Positions 27,682-36,627 are shown, counted from the first letter of the stretch. The stretch is DNA of 64,000 nucleotides from Actinomycetota bacterium (GCA_003161615.1 PMOB01000007.1:33828-97827), one strand, 5' to 3'. A program made the numbers and translations. Notes: generated by a model from the sequence alone, not told the origin.

Positions 27682-28626
27682 GTGCGCGCGACGTTCGTCA
27701 TCACGCCGCCGGGCTGGGGAGAGACGCTGGCCGTCCTGCAGTCGGTGAGCCTGCCGGAGGTGTCGTCCGACGTGCGGGCGCAAGTCGTCGAGGTGGACGG
27801 CGAGCGCGTTACGGTCGAGTTCCCGTCGCTCGAGGGGGAGACTTCGGCAGAGCAGCTCCTCGCGGCGTGCATCGCGGGGGAGTGGGCGGATCGCGGCGAC
27901 TTCGAGTCGTGCCGACTCGTCGAGGTGGAGTGGCCGGACGGATTGCCGGGGCCGGCGTTCCCCGCCGCGCACGGTGTCTCGGTCGGCGCGATCGTCAAGC
28001 CGGCGCTCGGCCTCTCGCCGCGGGAGACTGCCGCGGTAGCGGCTGAGCTCGCAGCGGGTGGTGCCGTCCTCGTCAAGGACGACGAGCTGCAGCGCTCGTC
28101 GCCGGAGCGCGTGCGCGCGATCCACGCCGCGATCCCGGAGCACGTCCTCTACGCGGCGAACGTGACGGGAATCGACGCCGACGCGATCGTCGCGGCCGGG
28201 GCACGGGCGTTGATGGTCAACGCCTTCCTCGCCGGGCTCGGCTCGATCGGTCGCCTGCGCGAGTACGGCTTGCCGCTCTTCGTCCACCGCGTCGGCTCGG
28301 CATTCCTCCGTCGCGGTGGCCCGGTCTCGGTCTCCGCCGGCGTACTCGTGGAGCTGACCCGGCTGCTCGGCGCCGACTACGTCCAGGTCGGCTCCTTCTC
28401 CCCGCGCGTCTTCGACACCGACGAGGAGGTGCGGGAGCAGGTCGCGGCGGCGCAGCCCGCGACCGCGGTGATCGGCGGAGGCGTCGGGCCGGAGAACGCG
28501 GCCGAGCAGCTCGCCAAGGCGGGAACGCGCGACGGCGTGATGCTCCTGCTCGGCTCCGCGGCGTACGCGCACCGAGACGGCGTGCGCGCCGGCGTCGCCG
28601 CAACCGTCGAGGCGATCTCGGCCTAA
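27682..28626 (+). CDS. Short RuBisCO large-subunit-like protein (form-IV-like RLP, 314 aa)
   Basis: IVKPALGLSPRE, GGAVLVKDDE, YAANVTG, LFVHRVGSAF, GADYVQVGS, IGGGVGPEN and LLLGSAAYAH align with the RuBisCO barrel motifs KPKLGLS, GGLDFTKDDE, YLNATAG, HIHRAMHA, GGDHIHAGT, SGGIH, QFGGGTLGH. Confidence 0.7.
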   Translation: MRATFVITPPGWGETLAVLQSVSLPEVSSDVRAQVVEVDGERVTVEFPSLEGETSAEQLLAACIAGEWADRGDFESCRLVEVEWPDGLPGPAFPAAHGVSVGAIVKPALGLSPRETAAVAAELAAGGAVLVKDDELQRSSPERVRAIHAAIPEHVLYAANVTGIDADAIVAAGARALMVNAFLAGLGSIGRLREYGLPLFVHRVGSAFLRRGGPVSVSAGVLVELTRLLGADYVQVGSFSPRVFDTDEEVREQVAAAQPATAVIGGGVGPENAAEQLAKAGTRDGVMLLLGSAAYAHRDGVRAGVAATVEAISA

Positions 28627-29291
28627 GCGGCGAAGAGCGTCAGGTCCGGCTCGCGCTCGCCGCGGAGGACCGCGAGCTCGACCGCGACCGCCCGCATCCC
28701 GCGAGACTCGGCGAGTGCGACCGCTTGCGGTTTCAACCGCTCTGCGACGAGGATGCCGCGGCAGCCGGTCTTCGCCGGGTCTTCCCGGATGAACGCGAGG
28801 TAGCGCGTCAGCTGCTCGACGGCCTCGATCGTCCCGATCCGCTTCACCTCGACGGCGACCCACTCGCCACCGGCGTCCTTGCACATCAGGTCGACCGGCC
28901 CGATCTCGGTCGCCCACTCGCGCTTGACGAGCGTCAGCGGCTCGCCGAGCGCCTCGGGCGTCGCCGCGAGCGCCTCCTGCAGGTCGCGCTCCACGCCGTC
29001 CTTCTGCAGCGCCGCGGACTCGCCCATGTCGTGCTCGACGTCGCTCAGCACCTCGATGAGCCGGATCTCGAGCTGATCCTCGGTCTTCGGCTTCGTCACA
29101 ACGAGCTTGTCTCCCTCGTCGGCCACGAAGGTGGGCGCGGTCATCCAGTTGAGCGGCTTGAACCCGCCGGCGTCGTCGTGGACGAGCACGGAGCCGTCCG
29201 ACTTGAGGATCAGGAGCCGCACCGCCTCGGGCAGGACGGCGGAGACACGGCCGGAATAGACCACCTCGCAGCGGGCGACGATTAAACGCAC
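28623..29291 (-). CDS. nucS: Endonuclease NucS (EndoMS mismatch-specific nuclease)
   Basis: MRLIVARCEVVYSGR...LLILKSDGSVLVHDD...IGPVDLMCKD..GEWVAVEVKR. Confidence 0.9.
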   Translation of the reverse strand: MRLIVARCEVVYSGRVSAVLPEAVRLLILKSDGSVLVHDDAGGFKPLNWMTAPTFVADEGDKLVVTKPKTEDQLEIRLIEVLSDVEHDMGESAALQKDGVERDLQEALAATPEALGEPLTLVKREWATEIGPVDLMCKDAGGEWVAVEVKRIGTIEAVEQLTRYLAFIREDPAKTGCRGILVAERLKPQAVALAESRGMRAVAVELAVLRGEREPDLTLFAA

Positions 29292-29327
29292 CGGCGGACC
29301 GTACTGTCCGTTTCGGACGTGTCTTTC

Positions 29328-30002
29328 TCAGGCGCGCTCGACGCGCGAGCCGCCGACGATCGCGTCCGTCCCGTCGTCGAAGCGCACCCAGGCCTTGCCC
29401 TTGCCGTCGTAGTCGGGCGACCAGACGACGAGCGCCGCGTCCCGGCCGGCGACGCGCACGCGCTCCGTCCCCTCCGACACCGCGCCGCTCCAGACCCGGA
29501 CGAAAGGATTCGCCTCGCGCTCGCGGCCGATCGTCGTCTCCTCGGTGTGGCCGGGCAGGACGACCAGCGTGTCCGGCAGTGCGAGGAGGACGTTCATCAC
29601 GGAGCTCCGCACCTGCGGAAGGTCGCCGCCGCCGACCGCGTCGCGGAACAGGACGTCGCCCGTCGCAACGACCTCGTCGCCCACGACGAAGGAGACGTGG
29701 TCGTCGGAGTGACCCGGCGTCGCGAGACCGCGCACGCGCAGTCCCTCCCACTCCCATTCGCCGGGCTCGGCGACGACCGGAATCTCGTAACGGCCGGCGA
29801 GCTCGTCCTCGTTGACCACGTGGTCGGGGTGCGCGTGCGTTCGCAGCAGCGCGACCGGCCGTGCGCCCCAGCTCTCGACCGCTGCGACGAGCGGCTCGAT
29901 GTCGGCGCCGGAGTCGACGAAGACGGCCGGCCCTCCCTCCTCCGCGGCGAGCGCGTAGGCGTTCGAGAGCCAATCCGGATGCATGCTCCTCGCGACGAGC
30001 AT
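29328..30002 (-). CDS. MBL-fold metallo-hydrolase
   Basis: THAHPDH motif, TPGHSDDH, LPGH. Confidence 0.85.
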   Translation of the reverse strand: MLVARSMHPDWLSNAYALAAEEGGPAVFVDSGADIEPLVAAVESWGARPVALLRTHAHPDHVVNEDELAGRYEIPVVAEPGEWEWEGLRVRGLATPGHSDDHVSFVVGDEVVATGDVLFRDAVGGGDLPQVRSSVMNVLLALPDTLVVLPGHTEETTIGREREANPFVRVWSGAVSEGTERVRVAGRDAALVVWSPDYDGKGKAWVRFDDGTDAIVGGSRVERA

Positions 30003-30022
30003 CGGCCGCTAGGCTAGTCGTC

Positions 30023-30805
30023 ATGGCCGGACTCATGGGACGCACAGCGCTCGTCGTCAAGTCGAAGTACTCGAAGCTGCTCAACCGGGCGGAGAACCCG
30101 ACCGAGACGCTCGACTACTCGTACGAGCAGATGCTCGAGCAGCTCCAGAACATGAAGCGCGGCGTCGCCGACGTCGTTACCGCGAAGAAGCGGATCGAGT
30201 TGCAGCAGCAGAAGCTCGAGCAGAACGTCGTCACGCTCGAGACGCAGGCGAAGCAGGCCGTCGCGGCGAACCGCGACGACCTCGCGACCCAGGCGCTCCA
30301 GCGCAAGGCCGTCGCGCAGCAGCAGCTGCAGGACATGGACGGCCAGGTCAAGCAGCTCCAGGATCAGCAGGAGAAGCTCATCGCCGCCGAGCAGCAGCTC
30401 GAGACGAGGATCGAGTCCTTCCGCTCCCAGAAGGAAGTCCTCAAGGCGCAGTACACGGCCGCCGAGGCGGAGGTCAAGGTCGGCGAGGCTGCAACCGGGA
30501 TCGGCTCGCATATGGCCGACACGGGCCTCGCGATCCAGCGCGCGAAGGACAAGACCGAGGAGATGCAGGCGCGCGCGGGCGCGATCGACGAGCTCACGTC
30601 CAGCGGTGCACTCGAGGACTTTTCGGCCGGCGACCAGGATCAGCTGACCCGGGAGCTTTCGCAGGTTTCGGCCGCATCGCAGGTGAACGACGAGCTCGCG
30701 AAGCTCAAGGCGGAGGTCGGCTCCGGCGACGCGCCGAAGGAGATCCCGGCTTCCGGCGACGACGCAGCCGCCGCGCCGAGCTCCGACGACGCCGCGAAAA
30801 CCTGA
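30023..30805 (+). CDS. pspA: PspA/IM30 family protein
   Basis: Coiled-coil protein: ...ENPTETLDYSYEQMLEQLQNMKRGVADVVTAKKRIELQQQKLE... Confidence 0.9.
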   Translation: MAGLMGRTALVVKSKYSKLLNRAENPTETLDYSYEQMLEQLQNMKRGVADVVTAKKRIELQQQKLEQNVVTLETQAKQAVAANRDDLATQALQRKAVAQQQLQDMDGQVKQLQDQQEKLIAAEQQLETRIESFRSQKEVLKAQYTAAEAEVKVGEAATGIGSHMADTGLAIQRAKDKTEEMQARAGAIDELTSSGALEDFSAGDQDQLTRELSQVSAASQVNDELAKLKAEVGSGDAPKEIPASGDDAAAAPSSDDAAKT

Positions 30806-31386
30806 GCCGCTTCGGCAACATCCTCTTCGGCCGCAAGCAGCTCAAGCAGCCGGCTGCGGAGAGGCTGTTCGCGCTCTCGACCGCTGCGGTGACCCTCGAC
30901 ACCGAGTGCTCGCTCAAGCCGACCGGCGATTCCGCGCTGATCTTCAAGCCGATGTCCGCCGGCGAGTTCACCTCGACGGAGAACGACGCCGAGGAGCTCC
31001 TGCGCGGGGTCGCGCGCGGCTCCGGCTCCGAGATCGACCGCAAGACCGACTCGTTCGGGTTCGAGTGGGTCATCGTCCGCGATCCCCAGCTCGACGACCA
31101 GGTCGCGGGCGTCCACGCACTCGCCTCGGAGCTCGAAGAGCACGGCTTCGGTGGCCAGCTCCTCGCCGCCGCGTTCCGCTTCGACGGCAGCGCGTTCGGC
31201 AACGGCCATCCCGTCTACTGGATCTACGGCTTCAAGACGGGAACGTGGTGGCCGTTCATCCCGACGGGCGAGAAACAGGAACGCGACAACGCGCAGGAGC
31301 TAGAGCTGAAGGCGAAGCTCGAACCAGAGCTTCCGATCGAGCCGGATCTGTCGAAGTGGCTCGCGCTCTTCGACGCTCCCATTTGA
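30802..31386 (+). CDS. PspA-associated protein (PspAB-like); start uncertain, possibly CTG overlapping the pspA stop
   Basis: The ATG/GTG-based ORF begins at 30889. However, the in-frame upstream sequence SRFGNILFGRKQLKQPAAERLFALSTAAV looks like the conserved family N-terminus as I recall it. C-terminus: ...ERDNAQELELKAKLEPELPIEPDLSKW. Confidence 0.55.
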   Translation: MSRFGNILFGRKQLKQPAAERLFALSTAAVTLDTECSLKPTGDSALIFKPMSAGEFTSTENDAEELLRGVARGSGSEIDRKTDSFGFEWVIVRDPQLDDQVAGVHALASELEEHGFGGQLLAAAFRFDGSAFGNGHPVYWIYGFKTGTWWPFIPTGEKQERDNAQELELKAKLEPELPIEPDLSKWLALFDAPI

Positions 31387-31913
31387 CCGATCTCCGCACC
31401 GAGCGTTTGCTGTTGCGGCAGTGGCGGGACGACGACCGCGAGCCGTTCGCGGAGTTGAATGCCGACCCCGAGACGATGCGCTACTTCCCAGCGACGCGGA
31501 CCCGCGAGCAGTCTGACGCGATGGTCGACTGGGCGAGCGGCCTGATCGACGAGCGCGGCTGGGGGCTCTGGGCGGTCGAGGCGGTGGATCTCGCCCCGTT
31601 CGTCGGCTTCGTCGGACTGAACGTCCCGCGCTTCTGGCCGGAGGTGACGGAAGTCGGCTGGCGCCTGCGGCGCGAGCACTGGGGGAACGGCTACGCGACG
31701 GAGGCCGCCCGCGAAGCGTTGCGCTACGGCTTCGAAGAGCTCGGCCTCGACGAGATCGTCGCGTTCACGACAGTGTCGAACGCGCCTTCCCGGCGAGTGA
31801 TGGAGCGAATCGGGATGACGCACGACCCGTCACGCGACTTCGACCACCCGAACGCCCCAGCCGGACCGCTCAAGCGCCACGTGCTGTACGCGACCAGGCC
31901 GCCGACTAGCTGA
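31383..31913 (+). CDS. GNAT family N-acetyltransferase
   Basis: TTG start overlapping the previous stop (TTGA). TERLLLRQWRDDDREPFAELNADPETMRY..., EHWGNGYATEAAREAL. Confidence 0.8.
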   Translation: MTDLRTERLLLRQWRDDDREPFAELNADPETMRYFPATRTREQSDAMVDWASGLIDERGWGLWAVEAVDLAPFVGFVGLNVPRFWPEVTEVGWRLRREHWGNGYATEAAREALRYGFEELGLDEIVAFTTVSNAPSRRVMERIGMTHDPSRDFDHPNAPAGPLKRHVLYATRPPTS

Positions 31914-32787
31914 CGGGCTTGCCCATCTCGCGGGCAATCTCTGCGAGGGCGGCTAAGCGCTTTTCGAGCGGTGGGTGATCCGAGAAGAGCGAGATCAGTG
32001 CCGCCTCCGTCGGGACGATGCAGAAGACGTTCGCTGCCCTCAAGTCCTCATGCGGAATCTCAGACGCACCACTTGAGAGCTTGGTCAAAGCGCTCATCAG
32101 CTCCTCCGGCGCGCCGGTCAACATCGCCGAGCCGCGGTCGGCTGCGAACTCGCGGCAACGGGAGACGATCAGCGTCAGTAACAGGCCGACGAAATACACA
32201 GGAATCGCGAGCGGCCAGATGATCAACCAGACGAGGCCAAGCGTCGTCCCGCCGGCGTCCCCGATCATCACCTCCCCGAGTGTCCGGGGCGCGGCAACGG
32301 CCGTCATGACGGCAGCGTCTCGGTTGGCGATGTGCGAGAGCTCATGGGCGACGACCGCCTCGAGCTCGGGACCCGTGAGCCGCTGCCGCAGGCCCTTGGT
32401 CAAGACGACGACGGCGTCCTTCCTCCTGAAGCCAACGGTGAAGGCGTTCGCGGCGTCGGTCTGCGCCAGCGCGAGCTGCGGGGACGGAATGTCCGCGAGC
32501 GCGGCGAGCCGCTTGAACAGCGCGTCCAGTTCCGGGTACTGACGCGGCTCCACGATCTCCGCGTGAGCGGCGCGAAGCAGGCTCCGATTGGCGCTTCGGT
32601 AGCGCCCCGCGAGCGCCGCTCCCAACGCCACCGCCACGACGATCCAATACGGCCAGGCTCGCGGGAATGCCCGGAACAGCTCGAAGACGCCGAAGGCGAG
32701 GGTCGCGTAGGTCAACGCGAGCAATGCCAGCGCGATCACCATCCGCGCCGTGAGCGCCCCACTGCGGCCGACGGCGCGCCTCTTCAC
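31906..32787 (-). CDS. htpX: Zinc metalloprotease HtpX (M48), copy 1
   Basis: HELSHIANRD (HExxH), multi-TM, C-terminus DHPPLEKRLAALAEIAREMGKPVS. Confidence 0.85.
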   Translation of the reverse strand: MKRRAVGRSGALTARMVIALALLALTYATLAFGVFELFRAFPRAWPYWIVVAVALGAALAGRYRSANRSLLRAAHAEIVEPRQYPELDALFKRLAALADIPSPQLALAQTDAANAFTVGFRRKDAVVVLTKGLRQRLTGPELEAVVAHELSHIANRDAAVMTAVAAPRTLGEVMIGDAGGTTLGLVWLIIWPLAIPVYFVGLLLTLIVSRCREFAADRGSAMLTGAPEELMSALTKLSSGASEIPHEDLRAANVFCIVPTEAALISLFSDHPPLEKRLAALAEIAREMGKPVS

Positions 32788-32797
32788 GGGAGAAAGA

Positions 32798-33745
32798 CTA
32801 CGAAACCGGCTTGCCCATCTCGCGGGCGATTTCCGCGAGGGCGGCGAGGCGCTTCTCGAGCGGCGGGTGATCCATCATCCACTCGCTCATGTTCGACTTC
32901 CAGTTGGTCGGGATGATGAAGAAGGCGTTCATCCCCTGCACCTCGCGCAGGTCGCGCTGCGGGATCTGCGTGATGCCGCTCGAGATCTTCTGGAGCGCGC
33001 TCATCAGGTTCTCCGGCGCGCCGGTGATCAGCGCCGAGCCGCGGTCGGCCGCGTACTCGCGATAGCGGGAGATCGTCCGGATCAGGATGAAGCTGATCGC
33101 GTAGACGACCATCGAGACGACGAGGACGATCAGCCAGACGGGCACCTGATTGTTGTTGTTGTTGTTGCTCCGGTTGCCGCCGTAGCCGCCACCGAAGCCG
33201 CCGAACATCCCGGCGTAAAGACCAAAGCGGGTCAGCATCGCGGCGAGCATCGCGAAGAAGCTCGCGATCGTCATCACGAGCACGTCGCGGTTCGCGATGT
33301 GGGAGAGCTCGTGGGCGAGCACTGCCTCGGCCTCCTGCGGCTCGAGCCTGCTCCAGAGCCCGCTCGTCACCGCGACCGCGGCGTGCTTCGGGTTCCGGCC
33401 GGTCGCGAAGGCGTTCGGGACGTCGCTGTTGACGATCGCGATCCGCGGCTTCGGCAGGTCGGCCATCGCGCACAGCCGCTCGACCATGGCGTGCAGCTCG
33501 GGCGCCTCGTCCGCCGAGACGATCTTCGCGCCCGCCGCCCGGAGGGCGAGCTTGTCCGAGGTGTAGTACTGGAAGAACGCGAGCCCAATCACGATTACGA
33601 GCATCGGCGCCAGCCCGACTTTCAGAACGCTGAAGAGGACGACGGCGAAGATGACGTAGAGGAGGCCGAGCAGCGTGCTCGTGAAGAGCATCCGCAGCGA
33701 GAGCCCTCTATCGCGACCGAACGATCTGCGATTCATGCGAGCCAT
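32798..33745 (-). CDS. htpX: Zinc metalloprotease HtpX (M48), copy 2, with a Gly/Asn-rich insertion
   Basis: AHELSHIANRD. The C-terminus is identical to copy 1 (DHPPLEKRLAALAEIAREMGKPVS). Insertion: GGFGGGYGGNRSNNNNNNQ. Confidence 0.85.
   Translation of the reverse strand: MARMNRRSFGRDRGLSLRMLFTSTLLGLLYVIFAVVLFSVLKVGLAPMLVIVIGLAFFQYYTSDKLALRAAGAKIVSADEAPELHAMVERLCAMADLPKPRIAIVNSDVPNAFATGRNPKHAAVAVTSGLWSRLEPQEAEAVLAHELSHIANRDVLVMTIASFFAMLAAMLTRFGLYAGMFGGFGGGYGGNRSNNNNNNQVPVWLIVLVVSMVVYAISFILIRTISRYREYAADRGSALITGAPENLMSALQKISSGITQIPQRDLREVQGMNAFFIIPTNWKSNMSEWMMDHPPLEKRLAALAEIAREMGKPVS
33150..33167. repeat. Trinucleotide microsatellite (TTG)6 / (AAC-type) inside htpX copy 2
   Basis: ttgttgttgttgttgttg. 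It encodes the poly-Asn run on the minus strand. Confidence 0.9.
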
Positions 33746-33814
33746 GGTACTGAGGCGGACGAGGCTGCCGGTACCCGCGCCCGTGGTCTTAGCGCTTCAT
33801 TAGAGTCTCCGCCG

Positions 33815-34225
33815 GTGCGTCGGATCGTTCTCATCGCAGCCGCTCTCCTCGGCGGGGTCGTGCTCGCGGGCTGCGGCGCGGAGGGAGTCGCCTCCCCGCT
33901 GCCGAAGACGGTTGTCGGGACGACGCCGACCACGCCAACCACGACGTTCCCGATCGTCCCCGCCTTCCACAAGAAGGGCGACCCGACGAAGGGGAAGGCG
34001 ATCTTCGTCGCGAACTGCAGCAGCTGCCACACGCTCGCCGCCGCGAACGCGACCGGCACCACCGGCCCGAACCTCGACCAGCTCAAGCCGGATTTCCAGG
34101 CGGCCACCGCGCAGGTGACGAACGGCGGCGCCTCGATGCCGCCCTTCAAGTCCTCGCTCTCGACGCAGGACATCGCCGACGTCGCCGCGTTCGTCGTCAC
34201 GTCCACTGGCGGCAAAGCGCCGTAG
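33815..34225 (+). CDS. Class-I c-type cytochrome lipoprotein
   Basis: GTG start. Signal plus lipobox (VLAGC). Heme motif CSSCH, distal ...GGASMPPF. Confidence 0.75.
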   Translation: MRRIVLIAAALLGGVVLAGCGAEGVASPLPKTVVGTTPTTPTTTFPIVPAFHKKGDPTKGKAIFVANCSSCHTLAAANATGTTGPNLDQLKPDFQAATAQVTNGGASMPPFKSSLSTQDIADVAAFVVTSTGGKAP

Positions 34226-34308
34226 CAGTCGAGCTCCCGGCGACCTTCCCGCGGCCTGTCGCCGCCTTCGCGCTCGACCTCGACCGGACGCTGATCGCGG
34301 AGGACGGC

Positions 34309-35055
34309 GTGCTGCGGCCGCGCACGCGCGACGCGCTCGAGCGGGTTCGAGCGAGCGGCGCGCACGTGATCGTCGTCACCGGCCGGATGTTCCGCGCCGT
34401 GCGCCCGTACCTCGAGCAGGCGGGACTGGACGACCCGGTCGTCTGCTACCAGGGTGCCGTCGTCGCCGATCCCGCGAACGGCGAGTTCTTCCTCCACCTC
34501 CCGATCCCGCTGGCCGAGGCGCACGAGGCGATCGACACCGTGATCGCCGCCGGCTTCCACCTCAACTGCTACGTCGACGACCTCCTCTACGTCGCCGAGG
34601 TGACGCCGGAAGCGCGCCGCTACGCCGACTTCCAGCACCTTGACATCCATGCCGTCGGAGACCTGCGCGCCTGGCTCGACCGCCCACCGACAAAGCTCGT
34701 CGCCGTCGGGGATCCGCCCGCGTTGGACAAGCTCGAGGCGGAGTTGAAGCCGCGCTTCGCGGGGCGCCTGTTCATCTCCAAGTCGCTGCCGTACTTCCTC
34801 GAGTTCGCGCACCCGGACGTGAGCAAGGGGAGCGGGCTCGCCTTCGTCGCCGACCGGCTCGGCTTCTCGGCCGCCGAGACGGTCGCCTGCGGCGACGGCG
34901 AGAACGACCGCGAGCTGCTCGACTGGGCCGGCTTCGGCGTCGCCGTCGCAAACGCGCACGACGACGTGCTCGCGCGCGCCGACCTCGTCGTCCCGCCGGT
35001 CCAGGAGGAAGGCGTGGCCCTTCTGCTGGAGAGCTACTTAGACTCACTCCCATGA
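34309..35055 (+). CDS. Cof-type HAD-IIB hydrolase (the annotated start excludes its own catalytic motif; see finding)
   Basis: VVTGRMF, ...GDGENDRELL. The first canonical start is GTG 34309, but the in-frame FALDLDRTLI (HAD motif I) lies at 34267-34296. Confidence 0.7.
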   Translation: MLRPRTRDALERVRASGAHVIVVTGRMFRAVRPYLEQAGLDDPVVCYQGAVVADPANGEFFLHLPIPLAEAHEAIDTVIAAGFHLNCYVDDLLYVAEVTPEARRYADFQHLDIHAVGDLRAWLDRPPTKLVAVGDPPALDKLEAELKPRFAGRLFISKSLPYFLEFAHPDVSKGSGLAFVADRLGFSAAETVACGDGENDRELLDWAGFGVAVANAHDDVLARADLVVPPVQEEGVALLLESYLDSLP

Positions 35056-36251
35056 TCGACGCCCGCGCCGCTCGCAACGAGCCGGAGGAGTTCCGCCGCC
35101 GCCTGGCGCGCAAAGGCGCCGGCGACGCGTTCGACGCCTGGCTCGCCGCCGACGAACGCTGGCGCGAGCTCGTGCCGCGCGTAGACGAGCTCCGCTCCCG
35201 CACGAAGCTGAAGGGCAAGCCGACGCCCGAGGAGCTCGAAGAACTGCGCGGCGTCAAGGAGGAGCTGCAGCAGGCCGAGCGCGAGCTCACGGAGGCGGAG
35301 GCGACGCGCGACGAGGTCGGCCTCCGAATCCCGAACCCGCCTGCCGACGACGTCCCGGACGGCGCAACCGAGGACGACGTCCGCGTCGAGCGGCTCGTCG
35401 GCGAGCCGCCGCAGCTCGCGGATCCGAAGGAGAGCCTCGAGCTCGGGCGCTTCGACATGGACCGCGCGGCGCGGATGAGCGGCGCGCGCTTCGGCTACTG
35501 GATCGGCGACACCGCGCGCCTCGCGCTCGCGCTGTACCGCTACGCGCTCGACCGGCTCGCGGCGAAGGGCTTCGTCACGATCCTGCCGCCGGTGCTCGTG
35601 CGCGAGGAAGCGCTCTACGGAACGGGCCACTTCCCGTCCGATGCGGACAGCGTCTACGCGATCTCGGCGGACGGGCTCTACCTCTCCGGCACGGCGGAGA
35701 TCCCGGTCTCGAGCCTCCACGCCGGCGAGATCCTCGACGCCGACGCGCTGCCGCTCCGCTACGTCGCCTTCTCCCCCTGCTTCCGCCGCGAGGCGGGCGC
35801 CGCGGGCAAGGACACGCGCGGCATGTTCCGCGTCCACCAGTTCAACAAGGTGGAGCAGTTCTCCCTCGCCTTGCCGGAGACCTCGTGGGACGAGCATGAG
35901 CTCCTGCTCGCGAACACCGAAGAGCTCGTGCAGGGGCTCGGCGTGCCGTACCGCGTCGTCACCCTGCCCGCCGGGGACATGTCCTCCGCGGCTGCGAAGA
36001 CGTACGACCTCGAGATCTGGTTCCCGAGCGCCGGCCGCTACCGCGAGACGGCGTCGATCTCGAACACCACCGACTTCCAGGCCCGGCGGCTGGGGATCCG
36101 TTACCGCGACGGCAAGAGCGTGGAGCCGCTGCACCTGCTCAACGGAACGGCAGTCGTCGACCGGATGGCGCTGGCGGTTCTCGAGAACCTGCAGGGCGAG
36201 GTGCCGGACGTGCTGCGCGAGTACGGCGCGCCCGAGCGCGTCACTCCTTAG
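35052..36251 (+). CDS. serS: Serine--tRNA ligase
   Basis: N-terminal coiled coil. Class-II motifs FRREAG, GMFRVHQFNKVEQF, NGTAVVDRMALAVLEN. ATGA overlap with the previous gene. Confidence 0.95.
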   Translation: MIDARAARNEPEEFRRRLARKGAGDAFDAWLAADERWRELVPRVDELRSRTKLKGKPTPEELEELRGVKEELQQAERELTEAEATRDEVGLRIPNPPADDVPDGATEDDVRVERLVGEPPQLADPKESLELGRFDMDRAARMSGARFGYWIGDTARLALALYRYALDRLAAKGFVTILPPVLVREEALYGTGHFPSDADSVYAISADGLYLSGTAEIPVSSLHAGEILDADALPLRYVAFSPCFRREAGAAGKDTRGMFRVHQFNKVEQFSLALPETSWDEHELLLANTEELVQGLGVPYRVVTLPAGDMSSAAAKTYDLEIWFPSAGRYRETASISNTTDFQARRLGIRYRDGKSVEPLHLLNGTAVVDRMALAVLENLQGEVPDVLREYGAPERVTP

Positions 36252-36627
36252 CGAGCCACTCCTTGGCCAAGCGCTTCTGCGCGCGCGTCAGCCACGCCTC
36301 CTCGACGAGGTCGCGCAACTCCTCTCGGTCGAGCTGCGCGAGATCGGGGATCCGGACGAGCACCGCCGCATAGCCGTCCCAGTGCGGCGTCGTGAAGTAG
36401 ATCCCGCGCGCGTCAGAGACGAGCATCTCCTTGACGCCGAGGTCGGCGACGCGGAAGGCGACGACGTCGTCGAGCCGCTCACCCGTCTCCGGATCGACCG
36501 CGTCCGGACGCTGCCGGCGGTGGAAACAGAAGTGCTTGCCGTGGACGCGATATGTCGGACGGCCGTCCTCCGAGACCTCTTTCGTCACCTCGGGCAGCGC
36601 GAGCGCGAGCTTGTCGAGATCCTTCAT
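36241..36627 (-). CDS. MmcQ/YjbR family DNA-binding protein
   Basis: Starts MKDLDKLALALPEV. ...FCFHRRQRPD...YFTTPHWDGY. The longer ORF prefix runs antisense through the tRNA. Confidence 0.75.
   Translation of the reverse strand: MKDLDKLALALPEVTKEVSEDGRPTYRVHGKHFCFHRRQRPDAVDPETGERLDDVVAFRVADLGVKEMLVSDARGIYFTTPHWDGYAAVLVRIPDLAQLDREELRDLVEEAWLTRAQKRLAKEWLAKE

Noticed and set aside
27637-30084. The 815-aa ORF on the minus strand, and the 656-aa ORF 41369..43339(-).
   Set aside because: These are shadow ORFs with Arg-rich junk translations. The RuBisCO-like, nucS and MBL genes, and the ligase, membrane protein and polymerase genes, occupy these regions in other frames or strands.
34900-35060. 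A possible T-box or other leader in front of serS.
   Set aside because: The serS start overlaps the upstream HAD gene stop (ATGA), which leaves no room for a leader RNA.
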